This document shows, in pieces, positions 8,797-16,811 of a stretch of DNA of 44,531 nt (positions within the stretch are counted from its first letter, which is position 1; each line of letters opens with the position of its first letter). Location of the stretch: IMG/VR virus record IMGVR_UViG_3300034980_000290; one strand, written 5' to 3'. Made by a program: the position numbers and the translations under genes. Source of the DNA: a virus (taxonomy: Duplodnaviria; Heunggongvirae; Uroviricota; Caudoviricetes). The notes under the pieces were generated by a model. That model saw nothing but the letters and a program-made list of their open reading frames with translations, made no database searches and was not told where the DNA came from.

Positions 8797-10171
8797 CTTC
8801 CCAATCGACTTGCAGAATGAGCAAGTGGTGTTGGGCAACGCCCTGGCCCACCCAGAGGCCAGGGACCTGTTCCAGTCAAGCGCACAGCATGATTGGTTCC
8901 TGGACGACAAGAACAAGGTCGTCGCATGGTGCTTGCTGATCATGATGGCCCGAGACATTGAAATCACCGAGGATAGCTTCACCTTGGTGGCCGCGGAGTA
9001 CCCTGGAACGAACAAGGAGTACGGCGGAAACACCTACATCGCCACCCTGAGAAGGCTTTGCCCGAACCAGAACCCGAACTACGGGGCGCACCTCAACAAG
9101 CTGAAGACAGATCAGGTCAAGGCTACGGTGGCAAAGAGGGCACTGGTTAAGGTGATGACTGCCATGGCCAATCCGGGCACCACCTTGGCTGAGCTTGAAG
9201 ATGGCATTGAGGCTGCCCGCATTGCAGTTCAGGAGCACCGGCCAGTAGAGATTGACTTTGTGCATGGCGTTGAGCTTTATGACGCCTACATGGAGATCAT
9301 GCGCAAGCGTGCTGACACTGAAGTCGGCACATTCATGACTACTGGCTTTGAGGATCTGGACGAGCTACTCATTGAGGGCATGGCCAAGACCAAGATCAGC
9401 GTTGTGGGTGGGTTCACAGGCATGGCCAAGTCAGCCTTTGTGACCAACGCTATGGAGAGGCAAGCCGGTGAAGGGCTGAGGGTTGGGTGCACCAGCCTGG
9501 AAATGGTCAAGGAGTCGATGGTTGACCGCATGGTCAGCACCATCACCCAGTACCCGCTGGACTTGATCATCAAGAACCCGCAGGACATGACACGGGATGA
9601 GAAGCTGTTCCTGCACACCGTGGTGCAAGGCATCCGTGACACCGACCTGATTTGGATTAACGACCGGGCGGTGCAAACGCTGAACAGCATTGACGCTCAG
9701 CTTGCAATGCTCAAGCAGGCAGGCACGCCGCTTGATATCATCTACATTGACCTTTTTGGAAAGCTGGATGATGTTTCGGTGGCCGATGGTCTCGCATCAA
9801 ACATCGAGCACAAGCTGAGAAAGACACGTGAGATCGCACGCCGCCACAATGTTCACATCTGCGTGGTGGTGCAGATCAAACGCTACTTTGACATGAACAC
9901 CATCCGGCCCAACCGGCCAGTGCCACGGCCGAAGCTGGATAAGATCAAGAACAGTGGTGCGTTCGCTGAAGAGGCAGACCTTGTGCTGCTGCTTCACCGG
10001 AACAAATACTACAAACCTGACCTTGAAAACGACGTGCTTGAAATCGAGGTGGCGAAGCAAAGACAGGGGGTGATGGGTACCTATGCCTTCTTTGAATACT
10101 TGGGCGAATGCACCAAGATCCGCCGAACCGATTGGAGACCCGACGATTGGGGCGACGACGAGGCGGCGTAA
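8789..10171 (+). CDS. dnaB: Replicative DnaB-like helicase
   Basis: N-terminal EQVVLG; Walker A-like GGFTGMAKS; SLEM; IYIDLF; VVVQ; IKNSGAFAEEADLVLLLHR; EVAKQRQG. Confidence 0.85.
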   Translation: MLDFPIDLQNEQVVLGNALAHPEARDLFQSSAQHDWFLDDKNKVVAWCLLIMMARDIEITEDSFTLVAAEYPGTNKEYGGNTYIATLRRLCPNQNPNYGAHLNKLKTDQVKATVAKRALVKVMTAMANPGTTLAELEDGIEAARIAVQEHRPVEIDFVHGVELYDAYMEIMRKRADTEVGTFMTTGFEDLDELLIEGMAKTKISVVGGFTGMAKSAFVTNAMERQAGEGLRVGCTSLEMVKESMVDRMVSTITQYPLDLIIKNPQDMTRDEKLFLHTVVQGIRDTDLIWINDRAVQTLNSIDAQLAMLKQAGTPLDIIYIDLFGKLDDVSVADGLASNIEHKLRKTREIARRHNVHICVVVQIKRYFDMNTIRPNRPVPRPKLDKIKNSGAFAEEADLVLLLHRNKYYKPDLENDVLEIEVAKQRQGVMGTYAFFEYLGECTKIRRTDWRPDDWGDDEAA

Positions 10172-10182
10172 TGGCTGTCTGT

Positions 10183-10200
10183 TGCCAATGCCGCGTATAG
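10183..10200 (+). promoter_or_regulatory. Putative promoter motif TGCC-N8-GTATAG
   Basis: One of six intergenic copies of TGCC-N8-10-GTAYAR. Confidence 0.5.
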
Positions 10201-10264
10201 TAGGGTGGCCAAGCACAGCACCAGGGCACAGTTAGGAGATGGGCCGTTGAGCAGAAAGACAGGC

Positions 10265-10600
10265 ATGCAAATCCCAGCCACACTTGAGGAACTGGAGAAG
10301 GAGCTCGCCAAGCACAAGCCGCTTGATGAGAACTTTCTTTTCCGGTGCAGGTGTTGCAACCACCGGGACTATTACGATGTCATGAGAGGGTTCCAATACC
10401 CCAAGCCTGGGTGTGATGCCACGCTCGATGACATGGTGTACTTCTGCGTCAGTTGCTTGGACCAGGTCACTTACGACTTCATCATGGCAAACAAGATCGA
10501 CGTGCGCATCCTTGAGCCGCGCGAGATCGTCAACATTCAAGCCGCATACTACGATGGCAGCTATGATCGCTGGGTAGAGGAGCGGCGTGCAGAGGGTTGA
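10265..10600 (+). CDS. Small Cys-rich putative zinc-binding protein
   Basis: CRCC...C...CVSC; ATG 10265 chosen because the GTG at 10205 lies immediately after the promoter motif. Confidence 0.6.
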   Translation: MQIPATLEELEKELAKHKPLDENFLFRCRCCNHRDYYDVMRGFQYPKPGCDATLDDMVYFCVSCLDQVTYDFIMANKIDVRILEPREIVNIQAAYYDGSYDRWVEERRAEG

Positions 10601-11702
10601 TCTAACCGCCCTTGCCCGTAGCCTCAACATCCGCGAAGTTTTCGATTCCCTCGGCGTTCCTTACAAGGCACGCCTTGACGGGACAGAGTTGATGCTCGCT
10701 TGCATCAACCCAGACCACCAAGACAAATCTGGGGACAGCCTCCAGATGAACGCACGCGGTGACCAGTGGAACGGACTGTGGAAGTGTAACCCCTGCGGTT
10801 GGAAGGGGAACATCTACAAGTATCTGACCGGCGCCACAGAACAGAACTTTGGGCAGGTCATTGAGTACCTCAAGTCCCACGGCACAGTGGAGTTGATCGA
10901 TGACGAGGCAAGGGTCACACGAGACAGGGAGGCTGCCCTCGCCCTCCCTGATCAACAGGCGGAGACTCCTATCCCTGGGATGCAGATCAGCTACACCCCA
11001 TTCCAGTACAAGACGAGCTGGGATATGAGGCTCCCGCATGAGGCGGAGATGGCTCGCAGAGGTATCAGCACTGCTGTTGCCTTCAATCACAGGGTTGGGT
11101 GGGCTGAGAACTTTCTGTACAAGCCAGACCCACAGCGACCGGTCTACGCCCGCAACGCCATCGTGTTCCCCATCTACTACCAGGGCGTGCTTGTCTCATA
11201 CTTCCTGCGCTGCTGGAATGGTGTGTTCTTTGGTGATATCGGAAAGCTTTTTCCGCCTGGGGCGGTCATTGGGCAAGTCCCATACAACCTGGATGGTTGC
11301 CAATCACCTAATCCAACTGTTGTCACAGAAGGAATCATCGATGCTCAAGTCGTTGAATCAGCGGTGCGAATGTACTCCTTGGAGTATGACTCATCGTGCG
11401 CCTACTCTACCGGCATCAGCCCTTGGCACATTGATAAGTATGGGAAGCTCCCCGGCGCCCTCGTCCTAATGCCTGACCGTGATGGAGAGGCAGGAGTGCA
11501 ACTCTGCGAAGGGCTTGCGCCGCCCTTGTATCACCACAAGGATGTCTACATCGCCAACATCCCGTGGGGCAAAGATCCAGCTGATTGCACCCCGATGGAA
11601 ATCAAGAAGGCACTTGACGAGAAGCAGCTTTGGATAAGCTACACCACTGAAAACCGCATTCTTTACGGCAAACCCTACATCTTTTGCCCTGGCGCTGTAT
11701 AG
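10587..11702 (+). CDS. dnaG: DnaG-like DNA primase
   Basis: CHC2 zinc finger (CINPDH...WKCNPCG); TOPRIM motifs VTEGIIDA, PDRDGEAG, GKDPAD. Confidence 0.85.
   Translation: MQRVDLTALARSLNIREVFDSLGVPYKARLDGTELMLACINPDHQDKSGDSLQMNARGDQWNGLWKCNPCGWKGNIYKYLTGATEQNFGQVIEYLKSHGTVELIDDEARVTRDREAALALPDQQAETPIPGMQISYTPFQYKTSWDMRLPHEAEMARRGISTAVAFNHRVGWAENFLYKPDPQRPVYARNAIVFPIYYQGVLVSYFLRCWNGVFFGDIGKLFPPGAVIGQVPYNLDGCQSPNPTVVTEGIIDAQVVESAVRMYSLEYDSSCAYSTGISPWHIDKYGKLPGALVLMPDRDGEAGVQLCEGLAPPLYHHKDVYIANIPWGKDPADCTPMEIKKALDEKQLWISYTTENRILYGKPYIFCPGAV
11685..11702 (+). promoter_or_regulatory. Putative promoter motif TGCC-N8-GTATAG
   Basis: Copy of the shared motif, overlapping the primase stop codon and 40 nt before the next gene. 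Confidence 0.5.
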
Positions 11703-11742
11703 TGGCACGTGGCAACAGCAAACCAAAGCTCCGGGGGCGCGC

Positions 11743-12357
11743 ATGGGTTTCATCACAGTGGTGGGGGCGGTCAAGAATGACCCCGCGTGTGACGTATCGT
11801 TCAATGACTTGTACAAACGGTTCGCTGTCTTTATCCGGCGCACCGCACTCAACTGGTCAGCCAATCCCAAGGTGGCGAGGCTCTACCTTGTCGATGACCT
11901 TGAAAACATCTTCATAGCCAAGCTACTGGAGGTGGCGCTGGAGTTCAGGCTACCAGCAGGCAAGTCAGACCAAGAGTGTGAACGCCTATTCGCTGGGATG
12001 CTGGGGCGCTCACTGAAGAACAAGGCCATCGACCTCGATTGGCACAGCACCCGACCCAAGCGCCAACCCGACCTGCCCATCCTGGGCCTGACAATGGGTG
12101 ATAAAGAGGCGCACGAGCGGCAAGTGCCCGCGCCCACCAACTACGACATCGACTACGATCGCATGGTGGGTGTGGTGGCCAGCCGACTCACTGGGGATGC
12201 CCGCACCGTTTTCCTTGCCAGGGTGCGCGGCCACAAAGACAAGAGCATCAACACACTCTATGGCATCAAGCCATACCGGGTGGCCAATCTCATCAAAGGA
12301 CCGATCCATGAGGTGTGTGAACGCGTCATAGGGAAGGTGATAGTGCTTGACAACTGA
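11743..12357 (+). CDS. ECF-like RNA polymerase sigma factor
   Basis: Region 2-like FNDLYKRFAVFIRRTA, DDLENIFI and GMLGRSLKNKAIDL; region 4-like LTGDARTVFLARVRG...INTLYGIKPYRV. Confidence 0.6.
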   Translation: MGFITVVGAVKNDPACDVSFNDLYKRFAVFIRRTALNWSANPKVARLYLVDDLENIFIAKLLEVALEFRLPAGKSDQECERLFAGMLGRSLKNKAIDLDWHSTRPKRQPDLPILGLTMGDKEAHERQVPAPTNYDIDYDRMVGVVASRLTGDARTVFLARVRGHKDKSINTLYGIKPYRVANLIKGPIHEVCERVIGKVIVLDN

Positions 12358-12595
12358 CTACGTAGCCACCGTCAACAAGTTTGGCGGACGTATCAGTATA
12401 GCACTCAACCACTGCGACCAATCCCAGATAGACCTGGTCACTGACGTTGCCAAGGTGACGCCAATAGCTAAGTGGTTCATCATGGCGCAGGACATTGAGA
12501 AGGTCATGCAAGCAATCACTGTGTACGGCAACGCTGGCCTCAACATGAATATCATCCGTAGGGGAATCAAGGGAGGGGTGATCCATGAGCATTGA
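12347..12595 (+). CDS. Hypothetical protein
   Basis: 82-aa ORF overlapping both neighbours; TTG start. Confidence 0.5.
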   Translation: MTTDYVATVNKFGGRISIALNHCDQSQIDLVTDVAKVTPIAKWFIMAQDIEKVMQAITVYGNAGLNMNIIRRGIKGGVIHEH

Positions 12596-13181
12596 CCGTG
12601 GAAGGTTCTGTGCCGTGGCCGGGCAGGCGGTGGCCACATGGTTCAACGAGTGTCTTGTTGAGGGTGTGGCCGACAACATCAACGAGGCAGCAGCCGCCGA
12701 GCTTGTGGACGGCTACATGCGAGCCCTCACCGTCCTGAATGGCAAGAAGCCAGCCGGTGAGATCAAGACACAACTCCTCAACGCACTGCGTGATGACCAT
12801 GGACTTGACTTGGTCGGCAATGAGGCCGTCACCACAGAAGCATGGGAGTCGGCAGCGTGGGAGGCGTATTGCAAGGTGTACCCGGTGCGTTTCAACCAGG
12901 ATGCTCTCTTGGAGGCTGCCAGCCGTATACTCAGGAGCCTTGGGCTGTATGTACCCCTACCACCCGACACTTTGCGCACCCATTATCAGCCAGACCGGAA
13001 ACTGGTGGAGGCGTTTTGGTCCAAGGTCAAGGCAGGGCACTTCGGTGAGCCTACTGCACCAGATGCTCATGCAGATGGGCACCTCAAGGACCTGGATGAT
13101 GGGGTGGCAATGCAGAATGGAATGTTCCCCCTCACACTCGTCTCTTACCAAGCCGGTGAAATACCGACCGGCCCGGAGTAA
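12585..13181 (+). CDS. Hypothetical protein
   Basis: 198-aa ORF with GGAGG RBS. Confidence 0.75.
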   Translation: MSIDRGRFCAVAGQAVATWFNECLVEGVADNINEAAAAELVDGYMRALTVLNGKKPAGEIKTQLLNALRDDHGLDLVGNEAVTTEAWESAAWEAYCKVYPVRFNQDALLEAASRILRSLGLYVPLPPDTLRTHYQPDRKLVEAFWSKVKAGHFGEPTAPDAHADGHLKDLDDGVAMQNGMFPLTLVSYQAGEIPTGPE

Positions 13182-13184
13182 ACC

Positions 13185-13388
13185 ATGCCGACGAACGTAG
13201 CCCATCTGGTGTGCGTTGCACAGACAACCGTGGCCTATGCCAAGCACACGCTCGAGTCGGTGCGGAAGCAGCACGCTGAGTATCACACCAAGGACCAGGC
13301 TGACGAAGCTCTAAGGCAAGCAGAGCAAGACCTGGTGGATGCCAAAGCGCAGCTTGCCAACGTCAGCGAAATGTCACATGCACGCTGA
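13185..13388 (+). CDS. Small coiled-coil hypothetical protein
   Basis: 67-aa ORF with GGAG RBS. Confidence 0.65.
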   Translation: MPTNVAHLVCVAQTTVAYAKHTLESVRKQHAEYHTKDQADEALRQAEQDLVDAKAQLANVSEMSHAR

Positions 13389-14331
13389 TTCCTTCCTGCA
13401 TTGGCATTTACATATGGACGGCAGCAGGTTTGACGGAATGGTCACTCCTGCCGAGCTGGAAGAGGACTTGCTCAAGTATGACAAGCCCGCCCTGTGCTTG
13501 ACTGACCATGGTACCATGAACGCCGCACTGGCAGTTCACACTATTGCCAAGAAGCACGACAGGAAGTTCGTGCCGGGCAGTGAGATGTACGTGGTCAACG
13601 ACAAGGTAGAGAAGAACGACGGCCCCCGCCGCCCCAAGTTTGACAAGAAGCGTCACATTGTCGTGCTGGCCATGAACGAGGTAGGGCACAAAAACCTCAT
13701 TTACCACAGCACGAACGCCAGCATGCACTTCTTCATGAAGCCCCGTGTACAGCACGAGGACTACTTCGCCAAGAGCGAGGGGCTGATTGTTCTCACTGCG
13801 TGCATGGGTGGTGTGGTGGCAGCCCCACTGCTGTGGGATGATGCTGCTTCTCCGGCCGAGAGAGTGGCCAACGCTACCAGGGTGGCCATGCAGTATAGGG
13901 AGGCCTTCGGGGACCGCTTCTACCTGGAGATACAGCCGGTCGACAAGGCCGAACAGCTGACCCTCAACATGTTCCTCATCGGGCTGCACCGGCAGTACGG
14001 GTTCCCGCTCATCGCCACCAACGATGCGCACTACGCCAAGCCGGAACACGCTGCATTCCACAGCCGCCTGATTGCTGTGCAGAACAGATCCAATGACGGT
14101 GACGGTGAGCTTTTCTACAAGGCTGGCCACCACTTGCGTAGCTTGACAGAGATGCGTGCTGCGTTCCAGGCCAATGGGACGACAGCACAAGCGCCACAGG
14201 AAGTTGAACTGGCGATCCAGACTGCCAATGAGCTCCACCACCGAATGGAAGGTGTGAGGATCGAGCGGCAGATGCGGATCCCAAAGTACAGGGAGGTCGA
14301 CGGTGCCAGGATTGAAAACATGGGTGTTTGA
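13378..14331 (+). CDS. Stand-alone PHP domain of DNA polymerase III alpha (N-terminal half of split DnaE)
   Basis: HLHMDGSRFDG, LTDHGTM, PGSEMY, HIVVLAMN, LTACMGG, FYLEIQ, ATNDAHY; ends at the IPKY linker. Confidence 0.9.
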   Translation: MHADSFLHWHLHMDGSRFDGMVTPAELEEDLLKYDKPALCLTDHGTMNAALAVHTIAKKHDRKFVPGSEMYVVNDKVEKNDGPRRPKFDKKRHIVVLAMNEVGHKNLIYHSTNASMHFFMKPRVQHEDYFAKSEGLIVLTACMGGVVAAPLLWDDAASPAERVANATRVAMQYREAFGDRFYLEIQPVDKAEQLTLNMFLIGLHRQYGFPLIATNDAHYAKPEHAAFHSRLIAVQNRSNDGDGELFYKAGHHLRSLTEMRAAFQANGTTAQAPQEVELAIQTANELHHRMEGVRIERQMRIPKYREVDGARIENMGV

Positions 14332-15520
14332 CCGTGGGGCGCTCCAGTTTGCGCTGAACACGGCCAAGCCACTCACGGGGTCCAAGATCCAGCCGGTGTG
14401 CGACGGGGTGCGCTTCAGCCTCATCCCAAATGAAGACGGCACCAAGGCTGACGCCTACATCTACGGGACCAACACCACCAGCTTCATCTGTGTGCGTTAT
14501 GGAACCATTGAGGCACAGGGTGGCACGTACACGCCGGGTGCGCAGATCCACTTCCTGCTTGACCTTGCGAAGCTGTTGAAGATCCTTCGCGGCAGCGCCA
14601 TGGAGCAGGTGCAGATCAGGGAGACACGGGCCGCTGTGTATGAAGAGGTGGACGGCGCCCAGCAGTTGAAGCAGAATGCCCGGTACTGCATTCACACCGA
14701 GGCCAAGAACTTCCTGCAAAGCGGTGACATCTACCAGTTCCCGCACGAGGACTTCGCCGGTACTACGCTGGCCACCTACGAACCGGGCGTGCTGACCGAG
14801 CTGTGGCGGAAGGCCAGTGTGGCCAGGGGTGAGCTTGATATCACCCGCACCTGCATGCACTACAACGGAGACCTGGTCACCCTGGACCAGAGCTTCTGCT
14901 GCGCTGTCACTACACCCCTGAGCTTGCCCAAGTCTTACGCTATCAACTTAGAGAAGGGGCTCACAGATGTGGTGGCTAAGATGCAGGGTACTATCACAGT
15001 TAGCACGAACGAAGGTGCGAGCAAGGTGTATCTGCTTGATGAGAACACTGGCATTTTCTTGGTGGCTCGTCTGGCTGTGGCTACTGCTCCGCCATATGAC
15101 AAGGCGCTGACTGGGTTTGAATACCCCGGCGCTATGGTGGCACCGCGCCTCACTTTGGAGGCAGCACTCAGGCGTGCCGATGCCTTCATGGACAAGAAGT
15201 ACAGCAGCGCCGTGGTGTTCCAGACGGCACAAGTGGAAGGCGGCTGGGTGTTGAAGATCACCACGCCAGAGGATCAGTCAGGGCAGCGGTTTGAGGAGGA
15301 TGTGGCCCTCACTTCCTGCGTTGAGATCCTTGACGCTGCGTACAGTGTGATCAATCTCATCAAGGCCATGGACGCCTATGATGGCGAAGAAGTCACCATC
15401 AAGTGGCGTAAGGGGACGATGGGTACCGGGCTTGACAACAGCCTGCGACTCATCGACACCCAAGAGGGGCATGTGGTGAACTGCCTCATTCCTAACATGG
15501 CGACAGCAAGGAGAGCTTGA
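14324..15520 (+). CDS. dnaN: DNA polymerase III beta sliding clamp-like protein
   Basis: About 398 aa; N-terminus FDRGALQFAL...IQPVCDGVRF, internal PPYDKAL...RLTLEAALRR pattern and C-terminal LIPNM fit the DnaN three-domain layout. Confidence 0.65.
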   Translation: MFDRGALQFALNTAKPLTGSKIQPVCDGVRFSLIPNEDGTKADAYIYGTNTTSFICVRYGTIEAQGGTYTPGAQIHFLLDLAKLLKILRGSAMEQVQIRETRAAVYEEVDGAQQLKQNARYCIHTEAKNFLQSGDIYQFPHEDFAGTTLATYEPGVLTELWRKASVARGELDITRTCMHYNGDLVTLDQSFCCAVTTPLSLPKSYAINLEKGLTDVVAKMQGTITVSTNEGASKVYLLDENTGIFLVARLAVATAPPYDKALTGFEYPGAMVAPRLTLEAALRRADAFMDKKYSSAVVFQTAQVEGGWVLKITTPEDQSGQRFEEDVALTSCVEILDAAYSVINLIKAMDAYDGEEVTIKWRKGTMGTGLDNSLRLIDTQEGHVVNCLIPNMATARRA

Positions 15521-15723
15521 TGAAGACCTACAGTGTCACAATGCCTTTGGTTGGTTCAATCACTGTGGTGGTGGAGGCTGAGAACGAACAGGCGGCCAAG
15601 GAGGCGGCTCTTTTGGTGGACTTCGATGTCGACAATGTCGATGAGCTTGAAACCATGGAAAAGATTTGTGAGGGCAATGTCTTGTACGCCCCTTGCAGTG
15701 AAATCACAGTGCAGGAGAAGTGA
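15520..15723 (+). CDS. Small acidic hypothetical protein
   Basis: TGATG-coupled 67-aa ORF; VVVEAENEQAAKEAA is a common small phage protein pattern. Confidence 0.7.
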   Translation: MKTYSVTMPLVGSITVVVEAENEQAAKEAALLVDFDVDNVDELETMEKICEGNVLYAPCSEITVQEK

Positions 15724-15899
15724 TGCCAGGACCACCAAAGCTCACGCTGAAGGCCAAGGTCTTTACGGGCCAAGACGTACAACCCAAAGGCAAAGGCCCC
15801 AAGGTTGACAAGACCAAAATCATCCCGGCAATCGATTACCTCAATGACCGGCCAGAAGATGATAAAGAAGATCCCAAGCAACCAGAAGTACGGGGCTGA
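15723..15899 (+). CDS. 58-aa hypothetical protein (below the ORF-track cutoff)
   Basis: TGATG-coupled with GGAG RBS; MPGPPKLTLKAKVF...PEVRG. Confidence 0.5.
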   Translation: MPGPPKLTLKAKVFTGQDVQPKGKGPKVDKTKIIPAIDYLNDRPEDDKEDPKQPEVRG

Positions 15900-16227
15900 T
15901 GAAGATGGCAACATCTATTCATGCCACTCAGGAAACTGGAGGAAGCTCAAGGGTCAAGTGTTTGTTGATGGGCGCAGGCGCTTTGTTCTTTACCAGGGTG
16001 GTGAGGCCCAAGGTAAGGTGAGACCACAGCACCAACTTGTGCTTGAAGCCTTCATAGGACCTTGCCCTGAAGGGATGGAATGTTGTCACAATGATGGCGA
16101 TCACACCAACAATCACATCAGTAACTTGCGGTGGGATACAAGGTCAGCAAACACGCTTGATGCTTTCAGGCATGGGACACGAGACAATTCAGGGCCGGGC
16201 CGGGGTGCCCGGCGCGTTGCAAGATGA
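15859..16227 (+). CDS. Free-standing NUMOD4/HNH homing endonuclease
   Basis: YGADEDGNIYS (NUMOD4-like); HQLVLEAFIGPCPEGMECCHNDGDHTNNHISNLRWDTRSAN. Confidence 0.9.
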   Translation: MIKKIPSNQKYGADEDGNIYSCHSGNWRKLKGQVFVDGRRRFVLYQGGEAQGKVRPQHQLVLEAFIGPCPEGMECCHNDGDHTNNHISNLRWDTRSANTLDAFRHGTRDNSGPGRGARRVAR

Positions 16228-16811
16228 ACCAACAACGAAAGAAGGAACTGGCGGACATGGCCAGGGGGCTGGTGCCGCCCGCCAAGATTGATGTCGCAGC
16301 CCAGTTTAGACCACCAGACCTTCCAAGCGATGCTGAAATCGCCGAGGCTGTTCGGGCAAGCCCTGGGGATGAAGCTGCTGCCCTGGCAGGAGATGATGCT
16401 GGAGGCGATGGCGTCAGACCTACCGCAACACCACGTAATACTGGTGGGACGTCGGCACGGGCGTCACACTTTCACAAAACAGGTGAAGTCCCTCATCGCA
16501 TCCTACACAGCACCGAGTACCGCCACTTCATCACCAACAAGGCCAAGGGAAATCCGTACCGGGAAGAGACGCCGTCTTGGTACATCTTCAATAACATCGT
16601 GCAGGCTCAGCAGGGCTATCGGGCAGCCGTACCCCTCCCATTCCTGACACAGGTGCTGATCGCAAACCACGTTCACACCAATGCTGGTGGCGTGTTCAAG
16701 TTCCTTACGCGGCTGAGGGACTTGGTAGAAATCCTGGGGCACCCGGCAGTGGGTGCCCTTGAGTATGATGACGTCAAGTGTGCCGTAAAGATCAACGATG
16801 CCTGCATCTGA
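16224..16811 (+). CDS. Hypothetical protein
   Basis: 195-aa ORF, ATGA-coupled. Confidence 0.7.
   Translation: MNQQRKKELADMARGLVPPAKIDVAAQFRPPDLPSDAEIAEAVRASPGDEAAALAGDDAGGDGVRPTATPRNTGGTSARASHFHKTGEVPHRILHSTEYRHFITNKAKGNPYREETPSWYIFNNIVQAQQGYRAAVPLPFLTQVLIANHVHTNAGGVFKFLTRLRDLVEILGHPAVGALEYDDVKCAVKINDACI

Noticed and set aside
14332-16797. Group I intron joining the two dnaE halves (HNH inside, halves in the same frame)
   Set aside because: The gap holds a full clamp gene and other coupled ORFs, both halves have their own start and stop, and no P/Q/R/S core is recognisable; a shared frame is a 1-in-3 coincidence.
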